DNA of 64,000 nt from Octopus vulgaris (Eukaryota), in contig OX597836.1 in NCBI GenBank assembly GCA_951406725.2, forward strand, positions 32,612,001-32,676,000, given 5' to 3'. This document shows, in pieces, positions 35,294 to 48,835 of this stretch. Position numbers and translations under genes: made by a program. Position 1 is the first letter of the stretch, and every line of letters begins with the position of its first letter. The notes under the pieces are model-generated. The model ran no database searches. It saw only the letters and a list, made by a program, of their open reading frames with translations, and was not told the DNA's origin.

Positions 35294-36049
35294 TTAAGGA
35301 TGATGAGATTTTGAGTGGATTTACTGCTTTGTGCAGTAAATGGGTTGAAACAAAATTAGGAGACATTGGATAATGTGGTCCTGAATTCAGTATGACTGGA
35401 AAAAAAGTACAGTAGTCATGGATTCAACGAGGTCCCTTAACACTTTGGCTGCAAAAATAATTTCATGGTTATTCCAGTAATGATGTTAAATATCTTTAAA
35501 AAAAAAACTGATATTTTCTGCAAGTCACATTGCTTCAGTAAATTTGCCATATCTTAAGAGAAAATAGTTTCAAACATGACATTCTTCCACAAAAGATAGA
35601 TCGGTGTATGGAACTGCTTTCCACTGTTAAGGGTAATGAAATTTTGAGTAAATATATCTGATTTCTGCAGGAAAAGATTTAAGACATCTGAAGAAGTTTT
35701 AGTATTTTTTTATGTGTTTTTTTCCTCATTTTTCCTACTGTCTGACAGAACTAAAAGTCCTCTCTTCTATTTTAACTTACTTTGTCGAATAAGATATTGC
35801 ATAATTAATAAACAATTCCTTGTTTGAAAATATACTCTTGTTTCAAGTTACACCTTGATAAAGATAAATGATGTAAAAAAAAAAGGAACAGCAATATTTT
35901 CTTGAAGACCTATAACAGAAAGATAATTATTTATCCATCTATCTTCTTCGCCCACCAAAATGTTTAGCAGTATTTTTTTCTGGCTTTAGATGCTCTCCTA
36001 AAATTGTTGGCCATGGGACAAAATTTGAAACTATTATTGCACTTTTGCT

Positions 36050-36162
36050 AGTCATCCTTTTGGGGTCAATAAAATAAGTACCAGTCAGGTATTGGGGTCG
36101 ATATCATCAACTATCCCTTGCCTGTCAAAATTTCAGGCATTGAGCCTATAGCAGAAAAGATG

Positions 36163-36221
<59 letters not shown>

Positions 36222-36719
36222 GGCTATGAGCTGGCAGAATTGTTAGCACACTGGGAAAAATGCTTCGCGGCATTTCATCCGTCTTTAGGTCCTGAGTTCA
36301 AATCCCACCAAGGTTGACTTTGCCTTTCATCCTTTCGGGGTTTAATGAAATAAGTACCAGTTACAGACTGGGGTCAATGTAATCGACTAGCCCACTCCAC
36401 TCCCCCAAAAAGATTATTATATCTATCATTGTTGCAAACTTACAGAATCATTAGCATGCAGGACAAAATGCTTCGCAGCATTGCTTCCAACTTTATGTTC
36501 TGAGTTCAAATTCCGCTGAGATTGACTTTGCCTTTCATCCTTTCAGGGTCACTGAAATAAGTACCAGTCACATACTAGGGTTGATGTAATTGACTTACCC
36601 CTTCCCCCAAAATTTCAAGCCTTGTGCCCATAGTTGAAAGGATTATTATTGTTATGATTATGATTATGATTATTATTATTATTATTATTATTAGTAGTAG
36701 TAGTAGTAGTAGTAGTAGC

Positions 36720-36764
<45 letters not shown>

Positions 36765-37020
36765 TAGGTGGCAAGCTGGCAGAATCATTAGCACATGGGA
36801 CAAAATGCTTAGCTGTATTTCACTCATCTTTACATTCTGAGTTCAAATTCCACCTAGGTCGATTTTGCCTTTCATCCTTTTGCGGATCAATGAAATAAGT
36901 ACCAGTTACATCATGGGATCAGTGAAATTGACTAGCCCCCTCGCCCCAAAATTTCAGGCCTTGTGCCTATAATAGAAAGGATTATTACTATTATTATTAT
37001 TATTGTTATTGTTGTTGTTG

Positions 37021-37067
<47 letters not shown>

Positions 37068-37098
37068 TTTATTATTCTTATTGTTATTATTGTTATTG

Positions 37099-37142
<44 letters not shown>

Positions 37143-37167
37143 TTTATTATTGTTATTGTTATTATTG

Positions 37168-37259
<92 letters not shown>

Positions 37260-37592
37260 GTTATTAAAATTCCGCCGAGGTCAATTTTGGCTTTCATCCT
37301 ATCAGGGTCGATGAAATGAATATCAGTTACTCCCTGGCATCAATGTAATTGACTAGCCCCGCCTTGTCCCAAAATTTCAGTGCTTGTGCCTATAATAGAA
37401 AGGATTATTATTATTGTTATTCTTCTTCTTCTTCTTATTATTATTATTCTTATTCTGCCGAGGTCGACTTTGCCTTCCATCCTTTTGGGGTCAATGAAAT
37501 AAGTACCAGTGGAGTACTGGGGTCGATGTAATCGACTAGCCCCCCACCCCCACGAATTTCAAGCCTTGTAGAAAGAATTATTATTATTGTTA

Positions 37593-37644
<52 letters not shown>

Positions 37645-37650
37645 CATTCA
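36050..37650 (+). mobile_element. Head-to-tail array of ~6 full or partial copies of tRNA-derived SINE family C separated by (ATT)n/(AGT)n
   Basis: Repeated gagctggcagaat..ttagca...tgagttcaaattcc...gactttgcctttcatcctttcgggg...aagtaccagt...aaaatttcaggccttgtgcc. Dispersed copies at ~4500-4715, 5765-5980, 16545-16775, 18505-18716, 39596-40048 (-) and 63365-63780 (+). Confidence 0.85.
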
Positions 37651-37893
37651 GAGGGATGCAATTTTGACATTATAACCAACTTGTGCAGCAAGATTTATTA
37701 GCTTTTAATGAGAAATGCTAGCATGTGATATAGTTTTTACTTTTTATTTTTTTGCCTGTTTTTTGCTGGGGGTTGTTTGCTTTTTTTTTTTTTTTTTTTG
37801 TCTTTTTCTAAAATGAACTTATCAGTTGTTTGTAAATAAATCACCTTGCTTGTAGATCAGTCATATAGTCATATTTCATCTGTTTCTGGACAG

Positions 37894-37968
37894 GAACCGA
37901 GTCTTGGAAAAGATCAGGTAAAAATTAAAAAAAAAAGTTTAAAGGCTGCACAATCGAAAAATCCTAAG
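37894..37968 (+). CDS. Probable short linker exon with two in-frame donors (EPSLGKDQ[VKIKKKSLKAAQSKNPK])
   Basis: tctggacag acceptor; donors CAG|gtaaaa after 37917 (24 nt) and AAG|gtgata after 37968 (75 nt). Both are phase 0-0 and stop-free. Confidence 0.55.
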
Positions 37969-38261
37969 GTGATAGTAAAAATCAAACACATATTTATTCT
38001 TTTTTTCATTTTTCATTGATATTATTTTTTTTTACTCCCACCACTTTCTGAAGCCATATGTTTTTTTTTTTATCAAACATTTAATTTTTTTCTCATCACA
38101 ATGCTTATGTCAAATGAACTTTGCATCTCCCACCACATCCTGCATGATCCATTTCAATTTGCCATTAGAATTCTCTCAAGCAATTTATTTCTCATGTTTA
38201 AACCACATCTCAGTAAAGCAACATTTTTTTACCTGTAAATTGTAATCTATCTATCTGTCTC

Positions 38262-38322
<61 letters not shown>

Positions 38323-38444
38323 TTCTCTATCTATCTTTCTACCTATCTATCTATCCACTTATCTATCAATCTGTCTAACTGTCTGTCTATTTATCTATCT
38401 GTCACTCTCTCGCTTCCTCTCTCTCTCTCTCTCACACTCTCTCT

Positions 38445-38552
<108 letters not shown>

Positions 38553-38984
38553 GCATATATATGTATATATACACAGAAATGCATATATATATATAAATAC
38601 AATAATAACAATACTACTAATAATAATATATATACTGCGATTAAAGCAACATTAATCTATACAATTGACTAAAAAATGATAAACTGACTCCAGCTAGAAT
38701 CAAACCCACAAATCAATGCTAACATAGCTCCTTGCATATCCAATTGAGCCAGAGCACTCACCCATAAATTTCAGTCAAATGTTATGTATAGATACTTAAC
38801 TGTCAAGAAATGTTTAGATGAATATCGCTTTAATCAGAGTATATCTTACTATTATTATGATATATTATTATATAGTTATTATTGCGTAAAAATGACTTTG
38901 GTAATCACTTTTTCTCCGTAACTTATCAAGCCGCCAGTTTGTTTACAAATATTATATATATATATATGTATGTATGTATGTATA

Positions 38985-39031
<47 letters not shown>

Positions 39032-39541
39032 GTGTGTGTATGTATATATGTATGTACATATATATATATGTGCATATATATATATATACACACACACATA
39101 CATACATACATATGTACATACACAACTGTTGAACAATGAGAATGAGTGCTCAACACCACACTGGTGGATAGAATTTCTTTATTTGTGTATTGAGGCTACC
39201 GTTGGTTTCATGATAAGAATTTTTCAAGCCATTCACATGGAGGAATGGTGTTCATCTTGTGATTGGCTCAAAAAATTGTTAAAATTTTAAGATATTTTCT
39301 TAACATGATATCAATGGTAGCCTTAATACAAAAATATATATATATATGGTGAGTGGATAAATGGAAGAAAGAGGCACATAGCACATTTAGTAGGATTTAT
39401 ATATTTTATTATCTAAAACAGTTTGATACAGCCCTGTACTACTTTCGTAAGCTCCTTACAGAAACCACTGTGCTTGATGAGCTAAGCCTTTGTAAGAAAC
39501 CTATGAAACTTCAAGTTGTATGGGACCAAATCAAACTGCTT

Positions 39542-39587
<46 letters not shown>

Positions 39588-40050
39588 TAATAATAATCTT
39601 TTCTACTATAGGTACAAGGCTTGAAATTTTGTGGGAGGAGGATAGTCAATTATATCGACCCTAGTGCCCAACTGGTACTTATTTCATCGACCCTGAAAGG
39701 ATGTAAGACAAAGTCGACCTTGGTGGAATTTGAACCCAGAATGTAAAGACAGACAAAATACCTCTAAGCATTTCACCTGGTGTGATAACAATTCAGCTAG
39801 CTCACTTAAATAATAATAATGGTTATGATAATAATCTTTTCTACTCTAGGCACAAGGCCTGAAATTTTGGGGGAGGGGACCAGTCGATTAGATCAACCCC
39901 AGTATGCAAATGGTACTTAATTTATCGACCCTGAAAGGATGAAAGGCAAAGTCGACCTGAACGGAATTTGAACTCAGAACATAGCAGCAGACGAAATACC
40001 GCTAAGCATTTCGCCCAGCATGCTAATGATTCTGCCAGCTTGCCACCTTA

Positions 40051-40081
<31 letters not shown>

Positions 40082-41219
40082 TAATAATGATAATAATAAT
40101 AATGTATGTATGCCCTCTGTTTATATGTCTATCTGTTTATCTTTGTGTGTGAGAAAGAGTTTGTTTGTACATAATTATATATGTAAGTTTATATATGGTG
40201 TTTGATGCTATATTGATCAAAAACATAAAACTTGGATGTGCGCATAATTTGTGTGTGTACATGTGTGTGTGTGTGTGTGTGTGTGTAGTGAATATATAAC
40301 TGTAGGCTATAATGTAAACTGATGTGCAACCAGCCTTGACGAGACTAGTTTAGTTATTTGACTATAATTCTACTCATCATACATATACAGTACACATCAT
40401 CATCATCATCATCGTCGTCGTTTAATGTCCGCTTTCTATACTGGCATGAGTAGAACGGTTTGACTGAGGACTGGTGAGCCAGAAGGCTGCACCAGGCTCA
40501 ATCTGATCTGGCAATGTTTCTACAGCTGGATGCCCTTCCTAATGCCAACCACTCTGAGAGTCTAGTGGGTGCTTTTACGTTCCACCGGCACAAGGGCCAG
40601 TCAGGCGGCACTGGCAACGACCACATTCAAATGTTGTTTCTCACATGCCATCGGCACATGTGCTGGTAAGGCGACACTGGCACTGATCACGCTCGAATAG
40701 TACTTTTCACGTGCCACCAGCGAGGGATGCAATCCGTGGCCCTGGCGAAGAGCACACTCGGATGTGCATGCATATGCATGCTACACTGTCACACACACTC
40801 TGTCTCTCTTTTACACACACACACACATATATACATACATACATACACACACACATCATATTTTGCTTTGTATGTAACACTGTAATTATTAAAACATGTT
40901 TAGAACTTGATACAGTGATGTAGAGTAATATATTTGTATTCATAAAGCAATGTGAGTCAGCTTGTCATGTAAGCTATCATTGGTTTTTGCAATTTTGGTT
41001 TTCAGGTTCTGCTTATTTTTTACTTGGTATAGAAAATTATGAGAAATGTGGACATTGGACAAGTGTGGGTGTGTGGTTAAGATATTTAGTTTACAATCAC
41101 GTGGCTTCAGGTTCAGTCCTACTGTGCAATACCTTGGGCACGTGTCTGTTTTCTAATATAGCACTGACCAATGCCTTGTGAGTGAATTTGGTAGATGGAA
41201 AATGGGTAAAAGCCTGTGG

Positions 41220-41263
<44 letters not shown>

Positions 41264-41661
41264 CATATATATATACATATATATACATACATATATATAT
41301 GTATATATATGTATGTATATATGTATATATATAAAAATTAATTTCTCGATCTGCCGTTCAAAGGGTTAAAGATCCTATATATGTATATATATATATATAT
41401 ATATTACATATATACATATATATAAATATATACATATATATATATATATATATACATATATACATATATATGAATATATACATATATACATATATACATA
41501 TATACATACATACATATATATACATACATACATACATATATACATACATATATACATACATATATACATATATGTATATATATATGTATATATGTAATAT
41601 ATATATATATATGTATATATTTATATATATGTATATATGTAATATATATATATATACATAT

Positions 41662-41912
41662 ATAGGATCTTTAACCCTTTGAACGGCAGATCGAGAAATA
41701 AATTTTTTGTAACTAAACATTTTCAAACTTTGGACATTGGTAGAACGTGTCATATAAAACATCTTTTACTCTTAGTGTTGTTGAGAAAAGTTTCTATTTT
41801 CAAAGTTATTTCATGTTGTATATGACACATTCTATTAGTGTCCAAAGTTTGAAAGTGTTTAGTTACAAAAATTTAATTTCTCAATCTGTCGTTCAAGGGG
41901 AAAAGATCCTCT
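41662..41912. mobile_element. MITE with ~100-bp TIRs embedded in (TA)n microsatellite
   Basis: aggatctttaaccctttgaacggcagatcgagaaat... / ...atttctcaatctgtcgttcaaggggaaaagatcct; an extra terminal fragment lies at ~41333-41377. Confidence 0.8.
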
Positions 41913-42524
41913 ATATATATATATATATATATATTAGTTCATAATAGAATGTAGGGATAAAAATCGCGTTAATGATTTTTATCAGGTAGTCAGCATGCTA
42001 TAAAAATTTATAGGCAATTTATACATTAAATTAATAATAATATACATATATGAATAATTATTTTAGGGGAGTAAGAGCAAAAACGACCTATCTCCAGCAT
42101 ACTTGAAGTGCTGACACCTTCAAAACACTAGTTCTTTGAGGGTATCGGCCCTTCAAGCATGCTGGAGATAGGACGTTTTTGCCCTTGCTCTCTCAATATA
42201 ATTATATATATCATCATCACCATTATCCTCCTCATCATCATCAACGTTTAATGTCTGCCTTTCATACATGCATGAGTAGGACGGTTGACAGGAGTTGGCC
42301 TGGTAGAAGACTACACCAGGCTACAGTGTCTGTATTGACAGGGTTTTTACAGCTAGCTGCTCTTCCTAACGCCAACCACTCTGCAGAGTGGACTTACTAG
42401 CACAGGTGAGGTCAGTTTTGGTATGATTTTTACAGCTAGATGCCCTTCCAAATGCCAACCACTTTGCAGAGTGGACTGGGTGCTTTTTAAGTGACACCTG
42501 CACTGGCAGGGTCACCAAGTAACT

Positions 42525-42566
<42 letters not shown>

Positions 42567-42739
42567 CACACACACACACACACATATATATATAAAGGTG
42601 TGCAGAATAAAAAGGCAAGACATAATTTACTTAGAGACTTAGGGACTAATTTCTGTTTTCTGGCACTTTTCCATGGTCTGGTATTGGCCAAATCTGAAGG
42701 TTGCCAGTTTCAAAAGACCCAAACCAGCAGCAGCAACGT

Positions 42740-42774
<35 letters not shown>

Positions 42775-43291
42775 ACAGCTGTGTTGGTGGGGTTAGTTGT
42801 GGTGGTGGTGAAGGGTAGTTGTTGTGGTGGTGGTGGTGGTGGTAGCAGCAGCTCCAGTAGTTATGGTAACCATACTTCTGTTTGTATATACACACATACA
42901 TACACACACGCATACTCACAGATACACACACCCTCACACATACATAAACACACACACCCACACACACATACATGCCTTAGCAACTCTTTCTCTCTCCTCC
43001 ACCTCTCCCTCCTCCCACCACTCCAACCAGCCACCTCCAAACACCACTAATTTCAACCATGCAATATTCTCTTCTCTTCCAATTACTGTGCCACGGCTGG
43101 TATTACAGAGTGCATGCCAGCACTCCCTCCCCCCCAATGCAACCCACCCCCATCCCACCCTCACTGCCATTCACCATTGTGCAATGGCATCAAAGACATT
43201 TCAGTCTTTGGCACAGAGAACATGAAATGGAAGGATGGGGGAGCAAATCCTATTATCTCATTATTGGTATGATATATATGTGTGTGTGTAT

Positions 43292-43324
<33 letters not shown>

Positions 43325-43686
43325 AGCTGTGAGTGTTTATGCGTGCTTCTATATTTATGAATATGCAAGCATGTGTTATATCTGCACGTGTGTGTGTGTG
43401 TGTGTATACTTGCATGCATTGATGTACTTGAATGCATGTTTATGTATATGTTAGTGTGTATGCATGCATGTGTTTGTGTGTATACGTGTATATATATGTA
43501 TATATATTATATATGTCTATATATATATATATTATATATCTGTGCATATATATAATTATATATGTCTGTATATATATATATATATATATATATTTAATTA
43601 TATATGTCTGTATATATATATATATATATATATTTAATTATATATGTCTGTATATATATATATATATATATATTTAATTATATATG

Positions 43687-43723
<37 letters not shown>

Positions 43724-45059
43724 CTATATATATTATATATGTGTGTGTATATATATATATACACACACATACATATATATGTATATATGGAAGCACATAT
43801 GTATACATATATGTATAAATGAAAATATATGTGTATGTGTATGTATATGTATGTATATGCATGTGTGTATGCCTATGTATGCATGTATAAACATACATAC
43901 ATGAATTTTTGTATATGTGTGTGAGTGTGTGTGTGTGTGTATTTGAGTGCATATTGCTTCATGTGCCACATACATATAGAAACAAAAGTATTCTTTTTCA
44001 CACTGTGCCGAATGCAGGGTGATGCGCCATTTGCATTTAATTAGTGAAGCATTTCGGTATTTCAGCACAAATCCAACTGGATCAGAATAATATTCCTGCT
44101 AAATGACGCCCAACTCACCATGGCTTTACTCATTGGCTGAGATTAATGCAATCTCATCTTAAGAGATTATTTACTCAACACTGAACTGTGACTATGAATT
44201 TAAGCCGTGTGGTGAGGAAGTCTGCTTGACTATCACATGACCTGAAGTTAAAGTCTATGGCGTTTTGCCTTCGGAAAGCAGCTTCTACCATAGCCTAGTG
44301 TTGACCTAAGTCTCGTGAGTGAAATTTGGTTGACAAAAACTGTAGTGAATCCCAGCCACTGAATTTTACTTAGTTTGGACTAGTAGGCATAGACCATTTA
44401 TTACTGTATTTCTGCTGACATATACTACCTTTGTTTCAATTAATTTTTGAAATAATGCAAAATTTCATGAAATAAATTTCTCATTATTAAAATGATGCCT
44501 CGGACATATTAGATCAGAATTTTGATGGAAGAGTCAGAGTTATAAATTCAGAGCACTTTATAACTGAAAATTTGTGTCATCAAAATTGTGTCAGAGGTGG
44601 CCTCGAGCAGGTTGGTATCAAAATGGTTTAATCTGCTCTTGCTTCAATGACTTCCACCACCTTGCTCAAGTGCCAGTTTGTGGGGTTATTAATCTTCTCA
44701 TCTATTTCTAGCACATGAGGTGACTGTGCAGAAACTCCCCCGCTTTGCTTGAGGCTGGTACTGGGACAATGTCGGCCAGCTGGTAATGTGGAGATGTTAA
44801 CTGTAGTTGGAAGGAAGTTACCCTTGAACTGGAGACCTGGGTTGACTGCTTCTAACAGAGTGTGCTGATCTAAAGACACCCCAGGGTTAGACAGTGGTGA
44901 TGTGGGTGATGGTTGTGGTGGTGTCAGCAGCAGTAGCAGCAATGGTAGCAACAGCAGTGGTGGTGGTGGTGGTGGTGGTAAAATGGGTAGATAATGGATT
45001 GAAAGACATCTCTTTGACAGTCCGGTTACTGAATTCCAAAAGCTAAATGGACTAAAGTA

Positions 45060-45730
45060 CCATATTTTCTGGCATAAAAGCCGAATTTTTCTAACCAAAA
45101 TTTACAGCCAAAACATATACACTCAGTTAACATATACACTCAAACAACTGTGGAGGACCAAAAATTCCATGTGAAATGCAGCAGGATTTGGAAAGATATT
45201 GACGATGTTTGAGTATTTATACTACATGTTTACACTATATACTACATTAAATTCTATGCTGGAAAATAATGGTGTATGTATGAACCAATGAAAGAAACCT
45301 TTACATAGTTGCTAGACCTGTTAGAAATTTTAGCTAAATCTCTTTCAAATTGCATCCCTCTGCCTTATATATGAACTTACCATATTTCAAGTTGAATTTT
45401 TCAAATCAAAATTTACAGCCAAAAAACAAAAAAAAAAGGCTGACTTATATATCAAGATGACTTTGAAGGACCAAAAATGTCCATTGAAATGCAACAGGAT
45501 TTGGAAAGATAGTGACAATGTTTGAACGTTTACACTGCATATTTACTCTGTATGCTACATTGACTTTTATGCTGGAAAATACAGTATGAACCATTGAAGG
45601 AAACCATCACATGATCTGCTAGTGTGAGAAATAGTTACTAAATCCCTTTCAAATCACATCCTTCTATTTTGTACTGTATTTTCTGGCATAGAAATTTGAA
45701 TTTTCCAGTCCAAAATTTACTGCCAAAAGG
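45060..45730. repeat. Diverged ~300-bp tandem duplication (two-plus copies)
   Basis: gaattttt...aaaatttac.gccaaaa recurs near 45085, 45395 and 45700; aggaccaaaa..tcca..gaaatgca.caggatttggaaagata recurs near 45155 and 45467. Confidence 0.7.
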
Positions 45731-46944
45731 GTAGGTGAACTTATTCAAGGCTGGCCCTTTGAATTATAGGTACAACTTATTCATGCTGGCTTAGTGGACT
45801 GGAGCAATGAGAAATAGAATGTCTTGCTCAAGGACAAAATGTGTCACCAGGAATCGAACTGATGACCTTCTGATTGTTCACCAAATACCTTACCCACAAG
45901 GCCACATGCTTAGCAACCATTAAGCCACATACTTTGATCATAGATTTGTTCAATTAGGGCCTACCTGAGTCTATATAGCAATTAACAGGTGAGAGACGTT
46001 TTTGTTTGTTATTATTAAACCTTGAATCCATGATACCAGAGCCATATCTATAACAAGCTTCTATAAAGTTTCCTCCTGACAAAATTCCAGTGGGAAGATA
46101 TTCGTCAACCAAAGATAGAAACTCTTGTCCAATGTGTTGTAGGATGGAGCTGTAAATCATATTAATAGTTATCACCAAGCTAATATGGCAGTCCATAAAT
46201 ATAGGACGAAAGCTACCGTTGATTAGCTCCTATGTTTATGGACTGCCATATTAGCTTGGCAATAACTATTAATATCCAGTACTGCTGCCGTAGTCTCCTT
46301 TAGAGAGACTTAGAAATAATAATATTTCTACTGTAAATCATGTTTCTCAGAAATTAACTTCATAACCACTACACAACCTTACCTGCTACTAATTTTTTTA
46401 ATTAATCAATTAATTAATTAACTATTGAAGATTGTTCCCTCTGTGAATTTCTGCATGTATCCTCATTTCCCTGTACCACAATTAATATCATTCCATTTTC
46501 TATGTGTATTCTGGTATTTTGTTTGCATGCAGTGGAAAAAAAAAGCAAAAAAAAAAAGACAAGAAAAAACATGTTTACTCTTACCATTTAAAATTGCAAG
46601 AGTGAAAATAGTTATAGATATGTGTATATATGTATGATGTCTGTAAATATGTGTGCTTGCACTTATAGCTAGATACCTACATACACATTTGTTGACTCTA
46701 TCTTATCTATTTTCATTCCCTTTCACTCTCCCCCACTCTCACACACTCTCTCACACACTTATATATGTACTTATATTCATAGAAATAAATAAATATATAT
46801 ATATGTATATATATATATTTATATATATATACATATATATGAGTGTGTGTGCGTATGCATTTATATATATGCATATATGTACATATCTGTATATCTATAT
46901 ATACATATATATACACACACACACACACACATATATGTAAATAT

Positions 46945-46975
<31 letters not shown>

Positions 46976-47406
46976 CACATATATATATATATATACATAT
47001 TATATATTTACATAAATACACATTATATATATTTTTGTTATTAAGCAAATACGTATGTATATTTCTGCAATTGAAAAAATAATGTGCATATATATATATA
47101 TGGTGTCACTTAGGTTTAGCAACATGTTATTAGAACTCAATGTACATCAGGTAAGTACAGAGTGTAATATCAATTAATAAATGACAAAAGAATAGGAATT
47201 ACATAATCACTTCTGCCTACTATAAGAAGTTCAAACCCAGAGCTGAATACTTCTGGTACATCCTTTAGCTCCATCAGAGTCATTGAAAGGAATTTTATGT
47301 TTATTGCAGAAAGCAAATTAAATACACAGGGTTGGTTACATCTAGAATTGAAAATAATATGATAGAGTTTGGTAGATTCATCGGTGAAAAATTACATACA
47401 GACACC

Positions 47407-47456
<50 letters not shown>

Positions 47457-47941
47457 AGTTCAAATATGCTTTGAAGAATATTCAAACTTGTAAGAAAGCC
47501 ATTCACTGTATTTTGTCTTAGTGAAAATTTCTTGCTGTAGACAACTAGGTGTAATTACACTGAGTCAGTTCAAAGTTCCTTCTAACCAGATTGTTGGATG
47601 CATGCATTTCAGTGTAGTTATCTCCTCCTCAGCATCAGATACTGGAAAGGTTAATGCTATGAAATGACAAGAGATAGATATTTCTTATCATCTTCCCATC
47701 ATTGTACTGTAACTGGTTGTGCTAATCGATGGCTTGCTGTAAATGAAATAAAATACAATATAGAATAGACACACTAAACAGTGATGTGTGTAGAGACATA
47801 TCTGTTACCAGATCAAACATGCTTGAGTTTGAATGTGATTCAGGCATATTTGAACTGGTAACAAGTTTGTATTTATGCCTGTCACTGTTTAGTGCTTATG
47901 TTCCATAATGATAATATTATATTTGGATGCATGGACATATA

Positions 47942-48835
47942 TGAGGTGGTATCAAAAGGATCTTGGACTAGTTATGTTTAATAAAAAGTAACTTATTTGC
48001 CTAAGTTTTAACATCATCTCCTTTGAAGTACTCTCCTTGTGCAGCAATTCACTGGTCCCAGTGTTCCTGCCACTTTTGGAATCTGGCCTGGAAGTCATTT
48101 TCCGTGAGTTGAAAGCCTTCTGTGATTTGTGGATCTCGACAACAGTGTTAAAATGGTGACCTTTGGGCTGCATTTTTATCTTGGGGAAGAGCTGGAAGCC
48201 TGCAGGTGCTAAATCTGGCGAATAAGGTGTGTGTGGAATGATACCATGTTGTGTTTTTGGCAAGAAACTCATGAGTTACAAGAGCTCGGTGACAGGGTGC
48301 ATTGTAGTCATGAAGAATCCAGTTCTTCGTGTTCCACAGATCTGGTCACTTTCGCTAATTGTCCTCCTTCAAATGCTTCAATGCAGTAGAACTCTTGATT
48401 GATGGTCCGACCCTGGGGGATGAATTCTTGATACCACATTTCGAGGGGTGACACTCATGGCAGATCTTCCAGATCACGCATCATCTCCCAGGGATGTTCA
48501 TCCAATTTTGAAGCACCATGCCACTCAAAACATTGTGTGCGACCCTTTGCCATGTTGCTGTAAGCTTGCCAAAGCATACTCAATTTCTCTGTAGCAGACT
48601 TCCCAAGTTTAACACAAAATTTCACGCTGGTTCTTTGTTCTAACTTCCTGTCCATGACAAAATCACAGGCTACAGCATAAACATGACCACAAATTTCACA
48701 ACTTGTGAAGTAAACACAGCAATGTCACTCGGCACACGGTCTCATAAAGGTCACTACTACCTCTGCTCACAACTGTGTGCTGCCATCTGTTGGCGTGCTA
48801 CAAGGCTAGTTTTAGAACTTTTTAATACCACCTTG
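47942..48835 (-). mobile_element. Internally deleted mariner element with both TIRs
   Basis: TIRs tgaggtggtatcaaaag / ctttttaataccaccttg, TA flanks; peptides EQRTSVKFCVKLGKSATE and HTPYSPDLAP. Confidence 0.9.

Noticed and set aside
36932-37319. Poly-Ile/Leu ORFs and the many YIYI/CVCV/THTH ORFs in the track
   Set aside because: They are translations of (ATT)n, (TA)n and (CA)n microsatellites with no coding signal.
47310-47330. 21-nt segment with ttgcag acceptor and gttggt donor
   Set aside because: It has an in-frame TAA in the required phase 0, and there is no evidence for a poison exon.
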